Shown: positions 56,491 to 64,000 of the stretch, one piece after another
Position numbering within the stretch: the first letter of the stretch is position 1
How the letters are laid out: every line of letters starts with the position of its first letter
NCBI GenBank assembly: GCA_963851265.1
Contig: CAWKNZ010000002.1
Span: forward strand, 1,728,001 to 1,792,000
Length of the DNA: 64,000 bases
Direction of reading: 5' to 3'
Origin: an uncultured Gemmatimonadales bacterium
Lineage (GTDB): Bacteria > Gemmatimonadota > Gemmatimonadetes > Gemmatimonadales > Gemmatimonadaceae
Position numbers and translations under genes: made by a program
Notes under the pieces: model-generated
Told to the model about the DNA's origin: nothing
Databases searched by the model: none
Seen by the model: the letters and a program-made list of their open reading frames with translations, nothing else

Positions 56491-58467
56491 GTGACGACCG
56501 CGGACCAGACGCGCGTCCGCGTTCCCGCGACGACGACGCTCCGCCGCCTCGTGCCGTACCTGCGACCCTACGCCGGACGCCTGACCTGGGGCATCGTGCT
56601 CGTGGTCGTGGGAGCCGGGTTCGGCGCGGTGGTGCCGTGGATCGTGCGGGCGGCACTCGACGGCCTCGCGGCGGGCGCGCCGCCGAGTCGCACGTGGACG
56701 CTCGTCGCCGCGATGCTCGCGGCCGCGATCGTCGGCGGCGCGATCCGCTTCGGCATGCGCGAGATCCTCAACGGCGTGAGCCGCCTGGTCGAGACCGACC
56801 TGCGCGACGCGGTGTTCTCGCACCTGCTGACGCTGGACGCGGGCACGGTCGCGCGCTGGCGCACGGGCGAACTCATGGCCCGCCTCACGAACGACCTCAG
56901 CGCGGTGCGCATGGCCGCCGGCCCGGCCATCATGTACCTGGTCAACACGGTCGCGGGCGCGGCGTTCTCGCTGTACTTCATGCTGCGCATCGACGCCCGG
57001 CTCACGGGGCTCGCCCTCCTGCCGATGGTCGGGCTGCCGTTCGTGATGATCCGGCTCGGCCGGCTCGTCCACGACCGGTTCGAGGCGGTGCAGGAGCACT
57101 TCGGCGCGCTCACGACGCGCGTGCAGGAGAACCTCGCCGGCACGCGCGTCGTGCGCGCGTACCGGCAGGAGCGCGCCGAGGGCGAGCGGTTCGAGCGCGA
57201 CAACGCGGAGTACGCGCGGCGCAACATCGCGCTCGCCCGACTGAACGGGGTGATGAACCCCGCCTTCGGCCTGCTCGCCGGCGCCGGTGCCGCCGTCGTG
57301 CTCGGCGTCGGCGGCACGCTGGCGCTGCGCGGCACGATCACGGTGGGCGCGTTCGTCGCGTTCGGCCTGTATCTCGCGATGCTCACGTGGCCGCTCATCG
57401 CGCTCGGCTGGACGACGAACCTGTTCCAGCGCGGTGCGGCCAGCATGGCGCGCATCAACGAGGTGCTCGACGCCGCGCCGACGCTCGACCAGCCGGCCCG
57501 CCCGCGCGCGCTGCCCCCCGCCGCGACCGGGCGCGGGCTCGAGTTCCGCAACGTCTCGTTCCACTACCCGCGCGCGGCCGGCGCGGACGCGGACGGCACG
57601 CCCACGCGCTGGATCCTGCGCGACGTGTCGTTCACCGTGCCCGCGGGGGCGACGTTCGGGATCGTCGGGCCGGTGGGGTCGGGCAAGAGCACGCTGCTCG
57701 ACCTCGTACCGCGCCTCTACGACCCGCAGCGCGGCGAGGTGCTGCTCGACGGCGTGCCGATCCGCGAGCTCACGCTCGACGCGCTCCGGCGCGAGATCGG
57801 CGTCGTGCCGCAGGAGAGCCTGCTCTTCTCCGAGACGATCCGGGCCAACATCCGCTACGGCACGGACGACAGCACCGACCGCACCACCGCGGCGCCCGCC
57901 GGCGCGCGCGACCTCACGCCTAACGAGGGCGGGGTCGCGCCGCGGCTCGAGGAGGCCGCCTCCGGCGCGACCGAGCCCACGGCGCACGACCTCGTCGTCT
58001 GGGCCGCGGACATCGCCGACCTCACCGGCACGGTCACCGACTTCCCCGGCGGCTTCGACACGCTGCTCGGCGAGCGCGGTGTCAACCTCTCGGGCGGGCA
58101 GAAGCAGCGCGCCGCGATCGCGCGCGCGCTCGCCCGACGACCAGCCGTGGTGCTGCTCGACGACGCGCTCTCAGCCGTCGACACGCAGACCGAGGCCGCC
58201 ATCCTGCGCGGGCTGCGCACCGCGCTCGCGGGGCGGACCACCCTCATCACCACGCACCGCGTGAGCGCCGTCCGCGACGCGGCGTGGATCCTCGTGCTCG
58301 ACGAGGGCCGCGTGGTCGAGCAGGGCACGCACGACGTGCTGCTCGCGCGCGGCGGCCGTTATGCCGCGCTCGCGCGCCGTCAGCAGCTCGAGGCGGAGGT
58401 CGAGGACGCCGACGGGAGCGGCGACGACGGCGCACGCGCCGTGGCCGGCGCGGGCGCGACGGCGTAG
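56491..58467 (+). CDS. ABC exporter, fused permease/ATPase (MdlA-like)
   Basis: TM domain, GELMARLTND, GPVGSGKS, LSGGQKQR, LLDDALSAVD. Confidence 0.9.
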   Translation: MTTADQTRVRVPATTTLRRLVPYLRPYAGRLTWGIVLVVVGAGFGAVVPWIVRAALDGLAAGAPPSRTWTLVAAMLAAAIVGGAIRFGMREILNGVSRLVETDLRDAVFSHLLTLDAGTVARWRTGELMARLTNDLSAVRMAAGPAIMYLVNTVAGAAFSLYFMLRIDARLTGLALLPMVGLPFVMIRLGRLVHDRFEAVQEHFGALTTRVQENLAGTRVVRAYRQERAEGERFERDNAEYARRNIALARLNGVMNPAFGLLAGAGAAVVLGVGGTLALRGTITVGAFVAFGLYLAMLTWPLIALGWTTNLFQRGAASMARINEVLDAAPTLDQPARPRALPPAATGRGLEFRNVSFHYPRAAGADADGTPTRWILRDVSFTVPAGATFGIVGPVGSGKSTLLDLVPRLYDPQRGEVLLDGVPIRELTLDALRREIGVVPQESLLFSETIRANIRYGTDDSTDRTTAAPAGARDLTPNEGGVAPRLEEAASGATEPTAHDLVVWAADIADLTGTVTDFPGGFDTLLGERGVNLSGGQKQRAAIARALARRPAVVLLDDALSAVDTQTEAAILRGLRTALAGRTTLITTHRVSAVRDAAWILVLDEGRVVEQGTHDVLLARGGRYAALARRQQLEAEVEDADGSGDDGARAVAGAGATA

Positions 58468-58476
58468 GTTAGCCGC

Positions 58477-59412
58477 ATGCCGCGGTCCATCACCCCCACG
58501 CCCCCCACGCCGCTGGCTGCGCCCGCGGGCCGCGCGCCGGGTCCCGCCACGGGTCCCGGCACGGGTCCCGACCTGCTCGAAGCCCGGCTGGGCGCGCTCG
58601 AGGCCCAGACGGGCGAGGCCACGCGTCTCATCGCCGAGCTGCAGGCGCGCGACCGGTTGAAGACGCAATTCCTCGCCAACATCTCGCACGACCTGCGCAC
58701 GCCACTCACCGCGATCATCACGCACGCCGAGATCCTCGGCGACGGCATGCTCGGCGAGCTCACCGACCGGCAGCAGGCGAGCGTCGGCGGGATCATCAAG
58801 GGCGGCCGTCAGCTGCTCGCGATGGTCGGCGACATCCTCACGTACGCGCGCGGCGCGGCGGACCAGCTCGCGCTCGCGCCGACGACGTTCGCGCTCGAAC
58901 CCGTGGTGGAGCAGATGCTCGCGCTCAACGCCCCCGTCGCCGATCGCCGCCGGGTGACGGCCGCGGCCGAACTCGAGCCCGACCTGCCGCCGATCACGGC
59001 CGACCGCGAGAAGCTCTCACACGTGCTCAACAACCTGTTCGGCAACGCGGTGCACTTCACCGGGCTGGCGGGCGGCGGGCGCGTGTGGGTGCGCGCGGTG
59101 GTGGAGGGCGAGGCGGACGAGCGCGAACTGCACGTCGAGGTCGGCGACACCGGGATCGGCATCGCGCCCGAACACCACGAGTTGGTCTTCCGCGAGTTCG
59201 CGCAGGTCGACGCGTCCACCTCGCGCCGGCACCACGGCACCGGGCTCGGGCTCGCGATCGCGCGCAACCTCGTCGAGCTGCACGGCGGCCGGATCTGGGT
59301 GGAGAGCGCGCTCGGCCAGGGCGCGCGCTTCCACTTCACGATCCCGCAGCCGCTCCCCGCGGCCACGGCGGTCCACCCGGTCGTGTCGCGTCCCGAACCC
59401 AGCGCGCCGTGA
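58477..59412 (+). CDS. Histidine kinase (soluble, no evident sensor domain)
   Basis: FLANISHDLRTPL, NLFGNAVHFT, DTGIGI, F.Q, GTGLGL. Confidence 0.9.
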   Translation: MPRSITPTPPTPLAAPAGRAPGPATGPGTGPDLLEARLGALEAQTGEATRLIAELQARDRLKTQFLANISHDLRTPLTAIITHAEILGDGMLGELTDRQQASVGGIIKGGRQLLAMVGDILTYARGAADQLALAPTTFALEPVVEQMLALNAPVADRRRVTAAAELEPDLPPITADREKLSHVLNNLFGNAVHFTGLAGGGRVWVRAVVEGEADERELHVEVGDTGIGIAPEHHELVFREFAQVDASTSRRHHGTGLGLAIARNLVELHGGRIWVESALGQGARFHFTIPQPLPAATAVHPVVSRPEPSAP

Positions 59413-59786
59413 CCGCACGCCGCCCCGCGGTGCTCATCGTCGACGACAGTCCGCTCGTCACCGACGCGTTAGGCGTGCTCCTCGAAGCGAGTGGCTACGC
59501 GACCGGGACCGCGACCACCGTGGCCGACGCGATCACCGCGCTCCGCAACGAGCGCTACGACGCGATGCTCCTCGACCTCACGCTCCCCGACGGCGACGGA
59601 CTCGAGGTGCTGGGGAGCGCGGAGGACGCCGACGTCACGCCCCCGCCGACGCTCGCCCTCACCGGCCACGACGACCCCGCCACGGCCGCGCGCTGCCGCG
59701 AAGCAGGGTGCGTCGCGGTGCTCGTCAAGCCGGTCCGGCGCATCGCCCTGCTCGGCGCACTGCAGGCGGCCGGCGTCGCGCCCTGA
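59409..59786 (+). CDS. Single-domain response regulator
   Basis: LIVDD, LDLTLPDGDG, LTG, KP; GTGA overlap with the kinase. Confidence 0.87.
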   Translation: MTARRPAVLIVDDSPLVTDALGVLLEASGYATGTATTVADAITALRNERYDAMLLDLTLPDGDGLEVLGSAEDADVTPPPTLALTGHDDPATAARCREAGCVAVLVKPVRRIALLGALQAAGVAP

Positions 59787-59801
59787 CCCGACCGGCGCGC
59801 C

Positions 59802-60530
59802 CTACAAGCGCGCCCGCACGGCGTCCGGCGTCCACGCCTGAAGCGACGCGCCGAGGCGCGACACGGTACCGGTCAGCATCAGCACGCCGACCAGCACCAG
59901 CAGCGCCCCCGAGAGTCGCGTGACCAGGCCGAGCCGCGCGCGCAGACGCCCGAACACGGCGAGGAAGCGCTCCAGGGCCACGGCCGCGAGTACGAACGGA
60001 ATCGCGAGCCCGAGCGAGTAGGCGAGCAGGAGCAGCACGCCGCGCCCGAGGTCCGGCGACGCGAGGTTGTACGTGAGCACCGCGCCGAGCACCGGCCCGA
60101 TACACGGGGTCCATCCCGCGCCGAACGCGACGCCGACGAGCAGCGTGCCGAAGTAGCCGGCGGGCTTGTCGGCGAGGTGCACGCGGCGTTCCCGCAGCAG
60201 CGCCCCCGGCGTGAACGCGCCGAGCAGGAACAGGCCGAGCAGCACAACGAGCGCGCCGCCGGCGCGCGCGATCACGTCGCGGTAGGCGGCGAGCAGCCGG
60301 CCTAACGTGGTCGCGCCCGCGCCGAGCGCGACGAAGATGAGCGAGAAGCCGGCGACGAAGAGCAGCGCGTGCACGAGCGCCGCGCGCCGCGAACGTCCCA
60401 GGTCGTCGAGCGTGAGTCCCGTGATGAACGTGACGTAGCTCGGTACGAGCGGCAGCACGCACGGCGACAAGAAGCTGAGCAGCCCGGCGCCGAACGCGAC
60501 GGCGAGGCCCACCGGAGGGATCGAGACCAC
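59802..60530 (-). CDS. ccdA: Cytochrome c biogenesis protein CcdA
   Basis: AGLLSFLSPCVLPLVP, GWTPCIGP, YSLGL; six TM segments. Confidence 0.9.
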   Translation of the reverse strand: MVSIPPVGLAVAFGAGLLSFLSPCVLPLVPSYVTFITGLTLDDLGRSRRAALVHALLFVAGFSLIFVALGAGATTLGRLLAAYRDVIARAGGALVVLLGLFLLGAFTPGALLRERRVHLADKPAGYFGTLLVGVAFGAGWTPCIGPVLGAVLTYNLASPDLGRGVLLLLAYSLGLAIPFVLAAVALERFLAVFGRLRARLGLVTRLSGALLVLVGVLMLTGTVSRLGASLQAWTPDAVRARL

Positions 60531-60535
60531 GCGCG

Positions 60536-60979
60536 TTACGCCGCCCCGAGGGCGCGCAGCGCGTCGGCGTCGAGCCGCACCGCGCCGTCCGCGTCGTTCG
60601 CACGCCGACCGACGCCCCGCACCACCGCGCCCACCGTCAGCAGCGGCGCGTCGGCCTCCTCGCGCACCGCGACCTCCCACCGGCCGCGCTCGGCGCCCTT
60701 GAGCGTGTGACGGTAGTGGGCGACGTACACGGTGTGCCGCGCCGCGCGGTCGGGCGCGTCGTCCGTGCTCGCGGCCAGTACGGCGACCCCGCTCTCGATG
60801 CCCCCGCGGCGGATGGGCGGGAAGAGGTGTGCCTCGACGACGCGGTCGGCCGGCACGCGCGCGAGGACGTCGCGCAAGAAGCGGTCGCGCACGTCGGCCG
60901 CGGTGCGCGCGCCGAGCGGGTCCTGTGTGGCGGGGCGCGGCGGGGCCGGCGGCGCGGTCGGCGTTCCTGCGGTGATCAT
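60536..60979 (-). CDS. Hypothetical protein
   Basis: Globular-looking ORF (EAHLFPPIRRGGIESGVAV, HTVY.A.Y, RGRWEV) packed against ccdA. Confidence 0.65.
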   Translation of the reverse strand: MITAGTPTAPPAPPRPATQDPLGARTAADVRDRFLRDVLARVPADRVVEAHLFPPIRRGGIESGVAVLAASTDDAPDRAARHTVYVAHYRHTLKGAERGRWEVAVREEADAPLLTVGAVVRGVGRRANDADGAVRLDADALRALGAA

Positions 60980-61021
60980 CCCGAAAGCTGGCCGGCCCGG
61001 CCGCACGCTACAACCGGGCGC

Positions 61022-62014
61022 CTACACCGCGGCCGCCCGGGGGCGCCCCGCGCGCCGGCGCAGCGCGCCCGGCGACGACCCGACCCGACGGCGGAACGCG
61101 TGGCTGAACGCCGCCTCGGACCTGTAGCCGAGCCTCGCCGCGACCTCACCGACGGTCGCCCCTTCGTCGGCCAGCCACCCCTCGGCGCGCCGCATTCGCC
61201 AGTCCGCGAGGTACCCCAACGGCGGGCGGCCCACGAGATCCGTGAATCGTGCGGCGAACCGCGACCGCGACATGGCCACCTCGCCCGCGAGCCCCGCGAC
61301 CGTCCAGCCGCGCTCCGGGTGCGCGTGCAGCAACGCGAGCGCGCGGGCCACCGCCGGGTCGCGCAGCGCGCCTACCCACCCGCCCACGCCGGCGGGCGCG
61401 TCGGCCAGGTATGCGCGGATCGCGTGCACGAAGAGCACGTCACTGAGGCGTGCGAGCACCACGTCGGCCCCGGGGCGCCCCGACGCGGCCTCGCACGCCA
61501 CGGCGGCGATGTGCACCGGCAGCCACGGGCCCAACGGTCCGCCGGCCACCCGGTCGGCCGACGTACCGGCGCCCCCACGCACGACGAGCACCGGCGGCAA
61601 CGCGGCCACCACCGGGTGCGGGCGGCGGCCGGCATACCGGAAGTTCCCACACACGTATGTGGTCGTCTGCGCCTCGCCCGCGTTGCCGACCCGTGCAACG
61701 CTCGACCCGTCGACGCCCGCGACCACGTCGGCAATCGCGACGGGCATCGCACGGCCGACGCGGAGCACGTGTGCCGCGCCGTTCGGGACGACCGCGAAAT
61801 CACCCGCGACGAGGGTATGCGTGAGCGCGGCGTCGACGTCGTTCTCGGACGGCGCGACGTGCAGCTCGCACGAACCTGCCGTGACGAGGTGGAACGCGGC
61901 CCCCGACGTCGCGGGGTAGCGAACGCCCCAGGCGCCACGCGCCTCGAAGCGGCCGAACACGCTCCCCTCGACCCGCAGGTCGTGGAGCACCGAGGACAGA
62001 ACGTCAGCGGGCAT
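61022..62014 (-). CDS. AraC-family regulator (cupin plus HTH)
   Basis: DVLSSVL, FHLVTAG, WTVAGLA, MSRSRFAARF, WRM, LGYRSEAAFSHAFRR. Confidence 0.92.
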   Translation of the reverse strand: MPADVLSSVLHDLRVEGSVFGRFEARGAWGVRYPATSGAAFHLVTAGSCELHVAPSENDVDAALTHTLVAGDFAVVPNGAAHVLRVGRAMPVAIADVVAGVDGSSVARVGNAGEAQTTTYVCGNFRYAGRRPHPVVAALPPVLVVRGGAGTSADRVAGGPLGPWLPVHIAAVACEAASGRPGADVVLARLSDVLFVHAIRAYLADAPAGVGGWVGALRDPAVARALALLHAHPERGWTVAGLAGEVAMSRSRFAARFTDLVGRPPLGYLADWRMRRAEGWLADEGATVGEVAARLGYRSEAAFSHAFRRRVGSSPGALRRRAGRPRAAAV

Positions 62015-62023
62015 TGCAGGCAG

Positions 62024-62085
62024 GACGATCGCGCATGAAATGGCGACGATCTGGCGCAGACCGTCCCAATCGCAGAACGTAACTT
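62024..62085 (+). promoter_or_regulatory. Candidate AraC tandem sites and -10 box for the NmrA-like gene
   Basis: GACGATC at 62024 and 62045 (21-bp period); TAACTT at 62080-62085. Confidence 0.5.
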
Positions 62086-62141
62086 CGTCGACGTTCCGGC
62101 GCGCCCGCGCGCCTCCACCACATCGGCTACCGGTCTCGCCC

Positions 62142-63056
62142 ATGTCTACGATCCTCGTTACGACGCCCACCGGCCACATCGGCTCCCGTGTCGTCAGCCA
62201 ACTGCTCGACGCCGGTGCGTCGGTGCGCGTGTTCGTCCGCGACCCGGCCCGCCTGCCGGTCGACATGCGCGGGCGCGTCGACGCGCGCACCGGCACACTC
62301 GAAGACACCGCCGCGCTGACCGACGCGCTCCGCGGAGTCGACGTCGCGTTCCTGCTGGTACCGCCCAACATGACCGCGGACGACTGGCCCGCCTTCTACC
62401 GCCAGATCGGGCACAACATGGCCGACGCGTCGCGAGCCGCGGGCCTGCGCCGCGCGGTCCTCCTCTCATCGCTCGGCGCGCACCGCCCGGACCTCGGGCC
62501 CGTGACCGCGCTCGGCCAGGTCGAGGAGATCCTCAAGCCCGTGATCCCCGACCTCGCAATCCTGCGCCCGGGGTACTTCTTCGAGAACACGTTCGCCGCG
62601 CTCGGCACGGTCCCGCAGACCGGGAGCATCTTCGGCGCGCAGCCCGGCGACCTCGCGTTCCCGCAGGTGGCGACGCAGGACATCGGCGACGTCGCCGCGC
62701 GCTGGCTCCTCGACGCGTCCTGGAGCGGGCACCCGGTCATCGGGATCCACGGCCCGCGCGACCTCTCGCTCGAGGAGCAGGCGCGGTTGATCGGCGAGGC
62801 CGTCGGCCGCGAGGTGCGCTACGTCGAGGTACCGCCCGACACGATCGCCGAGGCGATGCGCGGGATGGGCATGAGCCCGAGCGTCGTCGCGAGCTACCGC
62901 GAGATGATCACCGGGTACGCCGCGAGTCGCTACGAGCGCCCCGAGGCCCGCACCCCCGAGACGACGACCCCCACCGAGTTCGCCGACTGGGCGCGCGCGG
63001 CGCTCCGCCCGGCCTTCGAGGCGGCGGCGGCCCGGGGTGGGTCCGCGAACGCCTGA
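62142..63056 (+). CDS. NmrA-family NAD(P)-binding protein
   Basis: ILVTTPTGHIG, VRDP, LSSLGA, LRPGYFFEN, DIG; divergent from AraC. Confidence 0.88.
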   Translation: MSTILVTTPTGHIGSRVVSQLLDAGASVRVFVRDPARLPVDMRGRVDARTGTLEDTAALTDALRGVDVAFLLVPPNMTADDWPAFYRQIGHNMADASRAAGLRRAVLLSSLGAHRPDLGPVTALGQVEEILKPVIPDLAILRPGYFFENTFAALGTVPQTGSIFGAQPGDLAFPQVATQDIGDVAARWLLDASWSGHPVIGIHGPRDLSLEEQARLIGEAVGREVRYVEVPPDTIAEAMRGMGMSPSVVASYREMITGYAASRYERPEARTPETTTPTEFADWARAALRPAFEAAAARGGSANA

Positions 63057-63068
63057 CGAGCCGCGCCC

Positions 63069-64000
63069 TCACATCAGCGCGACGGGATCGCGGTCGATCG
63101 CCACCCGCAGCCCGTCGCGCTTCGGCACCTCGAAGCGCGCGGCGAAGTAGCGCAGCGCGCGCGTCATCGCGCCCGCGTCTCCGGTGCGCACGAGGAAGTG
63201 CCAGCGCCAGCGCGTCTTGATCCGCTCGACGGGGCACGGCGCGGGCCCCACGACGACCACCCGCCCGGCCGCGTCGGCGTCCGGCGCGAGCCGCGCCGCG
63301 AGCGCGCGCAGCCAGTCCGCCGCGCGGTCCGCACACTCCGCGACCGGCTTCTCGGACGTGCCGCTCACGACCACGTTCGCCAGTCGCACCGTCGGCGGGT
63401 ACGGCGGATCGCGCCGCCCGCCGAGCTCCTCGCGGACGAAGCTCGCGTAGTCGTGCGCGAGCGCGTAGCGAACCGCGTGGTGGTCGGGCACGCGCGTCTG
63501 GATGAGCACCTCGCCGCCTTTCGGCCCGCGACCCGCGCGCCCGGCCACCTGGCTCAGCAGCTGGAAGCAGCGCTCGGACGCGCGGAAGTCCGGCAGGTTG
63601 ATCCCCGTGTCGGCATCGATCACGCCGACGAGCGTGACGTTCGGGAAGTCGAGCCCCTTGGCGATCATCTGAGTGCCTAACAACACGTCGACCTCGCCCC
63701 GCCCCACCCGGTCGAGGATTTCGGCGTGCGCCCACTTCGCGCTGGTCGTGTCGACGTCCATGCGCGCCACGCGCGCCGCCGGCCAGCGCTCGGCCAGCAG
63801 CCGCTCCACCTGCTGCGTGCCGAGCCCGCGCTGACGTAGCGTGGCCCCGCCACAGCGCGCGCACCGCTCGCGCGGCGGCTCGTGGTGCTGGCAGTAGTGG
63901 CAGACCAGGCGCTCGGGCGCGCGGTGGTAGGTGAGCGAGATGCTGCAGTCCGGGCACGTCGCCACGTCCCCGCACTCCTTGCACTGCACGAACGCCGAAT
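63069..64000 (-). CDS. priA: Primosomal protein N' (3' part; 5' end outside the window)
   Basis: Cys-rich region, GLGTQQVE, RMDVD, GTQMIAKGLDFPNV, QVAGRAGR, YPP, IDRDP. Confidence 0.95.
   Translation of the reverse strand, partial: SAFVQCKECGDVATCPDCSISLTYHRAPERLVCHYCQHHEPPRERCARCGGATLRQRGLGTQQVERLLAERWPAARVARMDVDTTSAKWAHAEILDRVGRGEVDVLLGTQMIAKGLDFPNVTLVGVIDADTGINLPDFRASERCFQLLSQVAGRAGRGPKGGEVLIQTRVPDHHAVRYALAHDYASFVREELGGRRDPPYPPTVRLANVVVSGTSEKPVAECADRAADWLRALAARLAPDADAAGRVVVVGPAPCPVERIKTRWRWHFLVRTGDAGAMTRALRYFAARFEVPKRDGLRVAIDRDPVALM

Larger units (their letters stand above)
1793..63681. repeat. Dispersed over-represented motif YGTTAGG(C) / (G)CCTAACR, 27 copies counted by eye
   Basis: Copies near 1793, 5115, 5675, 10220, 14545, 15644, 15795, 17650, 18988, 20847, 23396, 28849, 29488, 30017, 30561, 33225, 33453, 34620, 34848, 42127, 43345, 50958, 55034, 57918, 59468, 60300, 63675. 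Confidence 0.85.

Noticed and set aside
1793..63681. bldA-like TTA-codon regulation, or telomere-like TTAGGC repeats, as the explanation for the motif
   Set aside because: The motif also occurs as CCT-AAC, as stop codons and intergenically, sits in essential genes, and is never tandem
1..64000. CRISPR array, tRNA, rRNA, transposase, integrase or prophage
   Set aside because: No regularly spaced repeats, cloverleaf or mobile-element protein motifs were seen by eye; tRNAscan-SE and Infernal would be needed to exclude them formally

Overview
A very GC-rich bacterial chromosome segment. Gene content and protein style suggest Gemmatimonadota (inference). It is mostly core and housekeeping genes: a MacB-type ABC system, bshB1-TDO-kynB, iscS-mnmA, grpE-dnaJ, cinA, pgsA, dnaX-ybaB-recR-mglB-mglA, SRP RNA, a sigma54 activator, a carbon-metabolism run (tal, penicillin acylase, pyk, MBL hydrolase, pgi, fba), class II ribonucleotide reductase, a peptidoglycan recycling cluster (murQ-anmK-nagZ plus amidase), ggt, an ABC exporter, a two-component pair, ccdA, an AraC/NmrA pair and the 3' part of priA. 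I saw no transposase, integrase, CRISPR array, tRNA or rRNA. The strongest unexplained signal is a dispersed non-palindromic motif, GTTAGG(C)/(G)CCTAAC, with 27 copies counted by eye (about one per 2.4 kb). It occurs on both strands and in three coding contexts (Leu-Gly, Pro-Asn, TAA stop) plus intergenic DNA, which points to DNA-level selection. Other notable items are an SRP RNA with a non-GNRA apical loop, many probable leaderless promoters, sigma54 promoters before grpE-dnaJ and two exported proteins, a ChpT-like pseudo-kinase, probable CTG starts in CTGA overlaps, and an MglA with a ~30-residue insertion. Counts and refined starts were made by hand and should be confirmed computationally.
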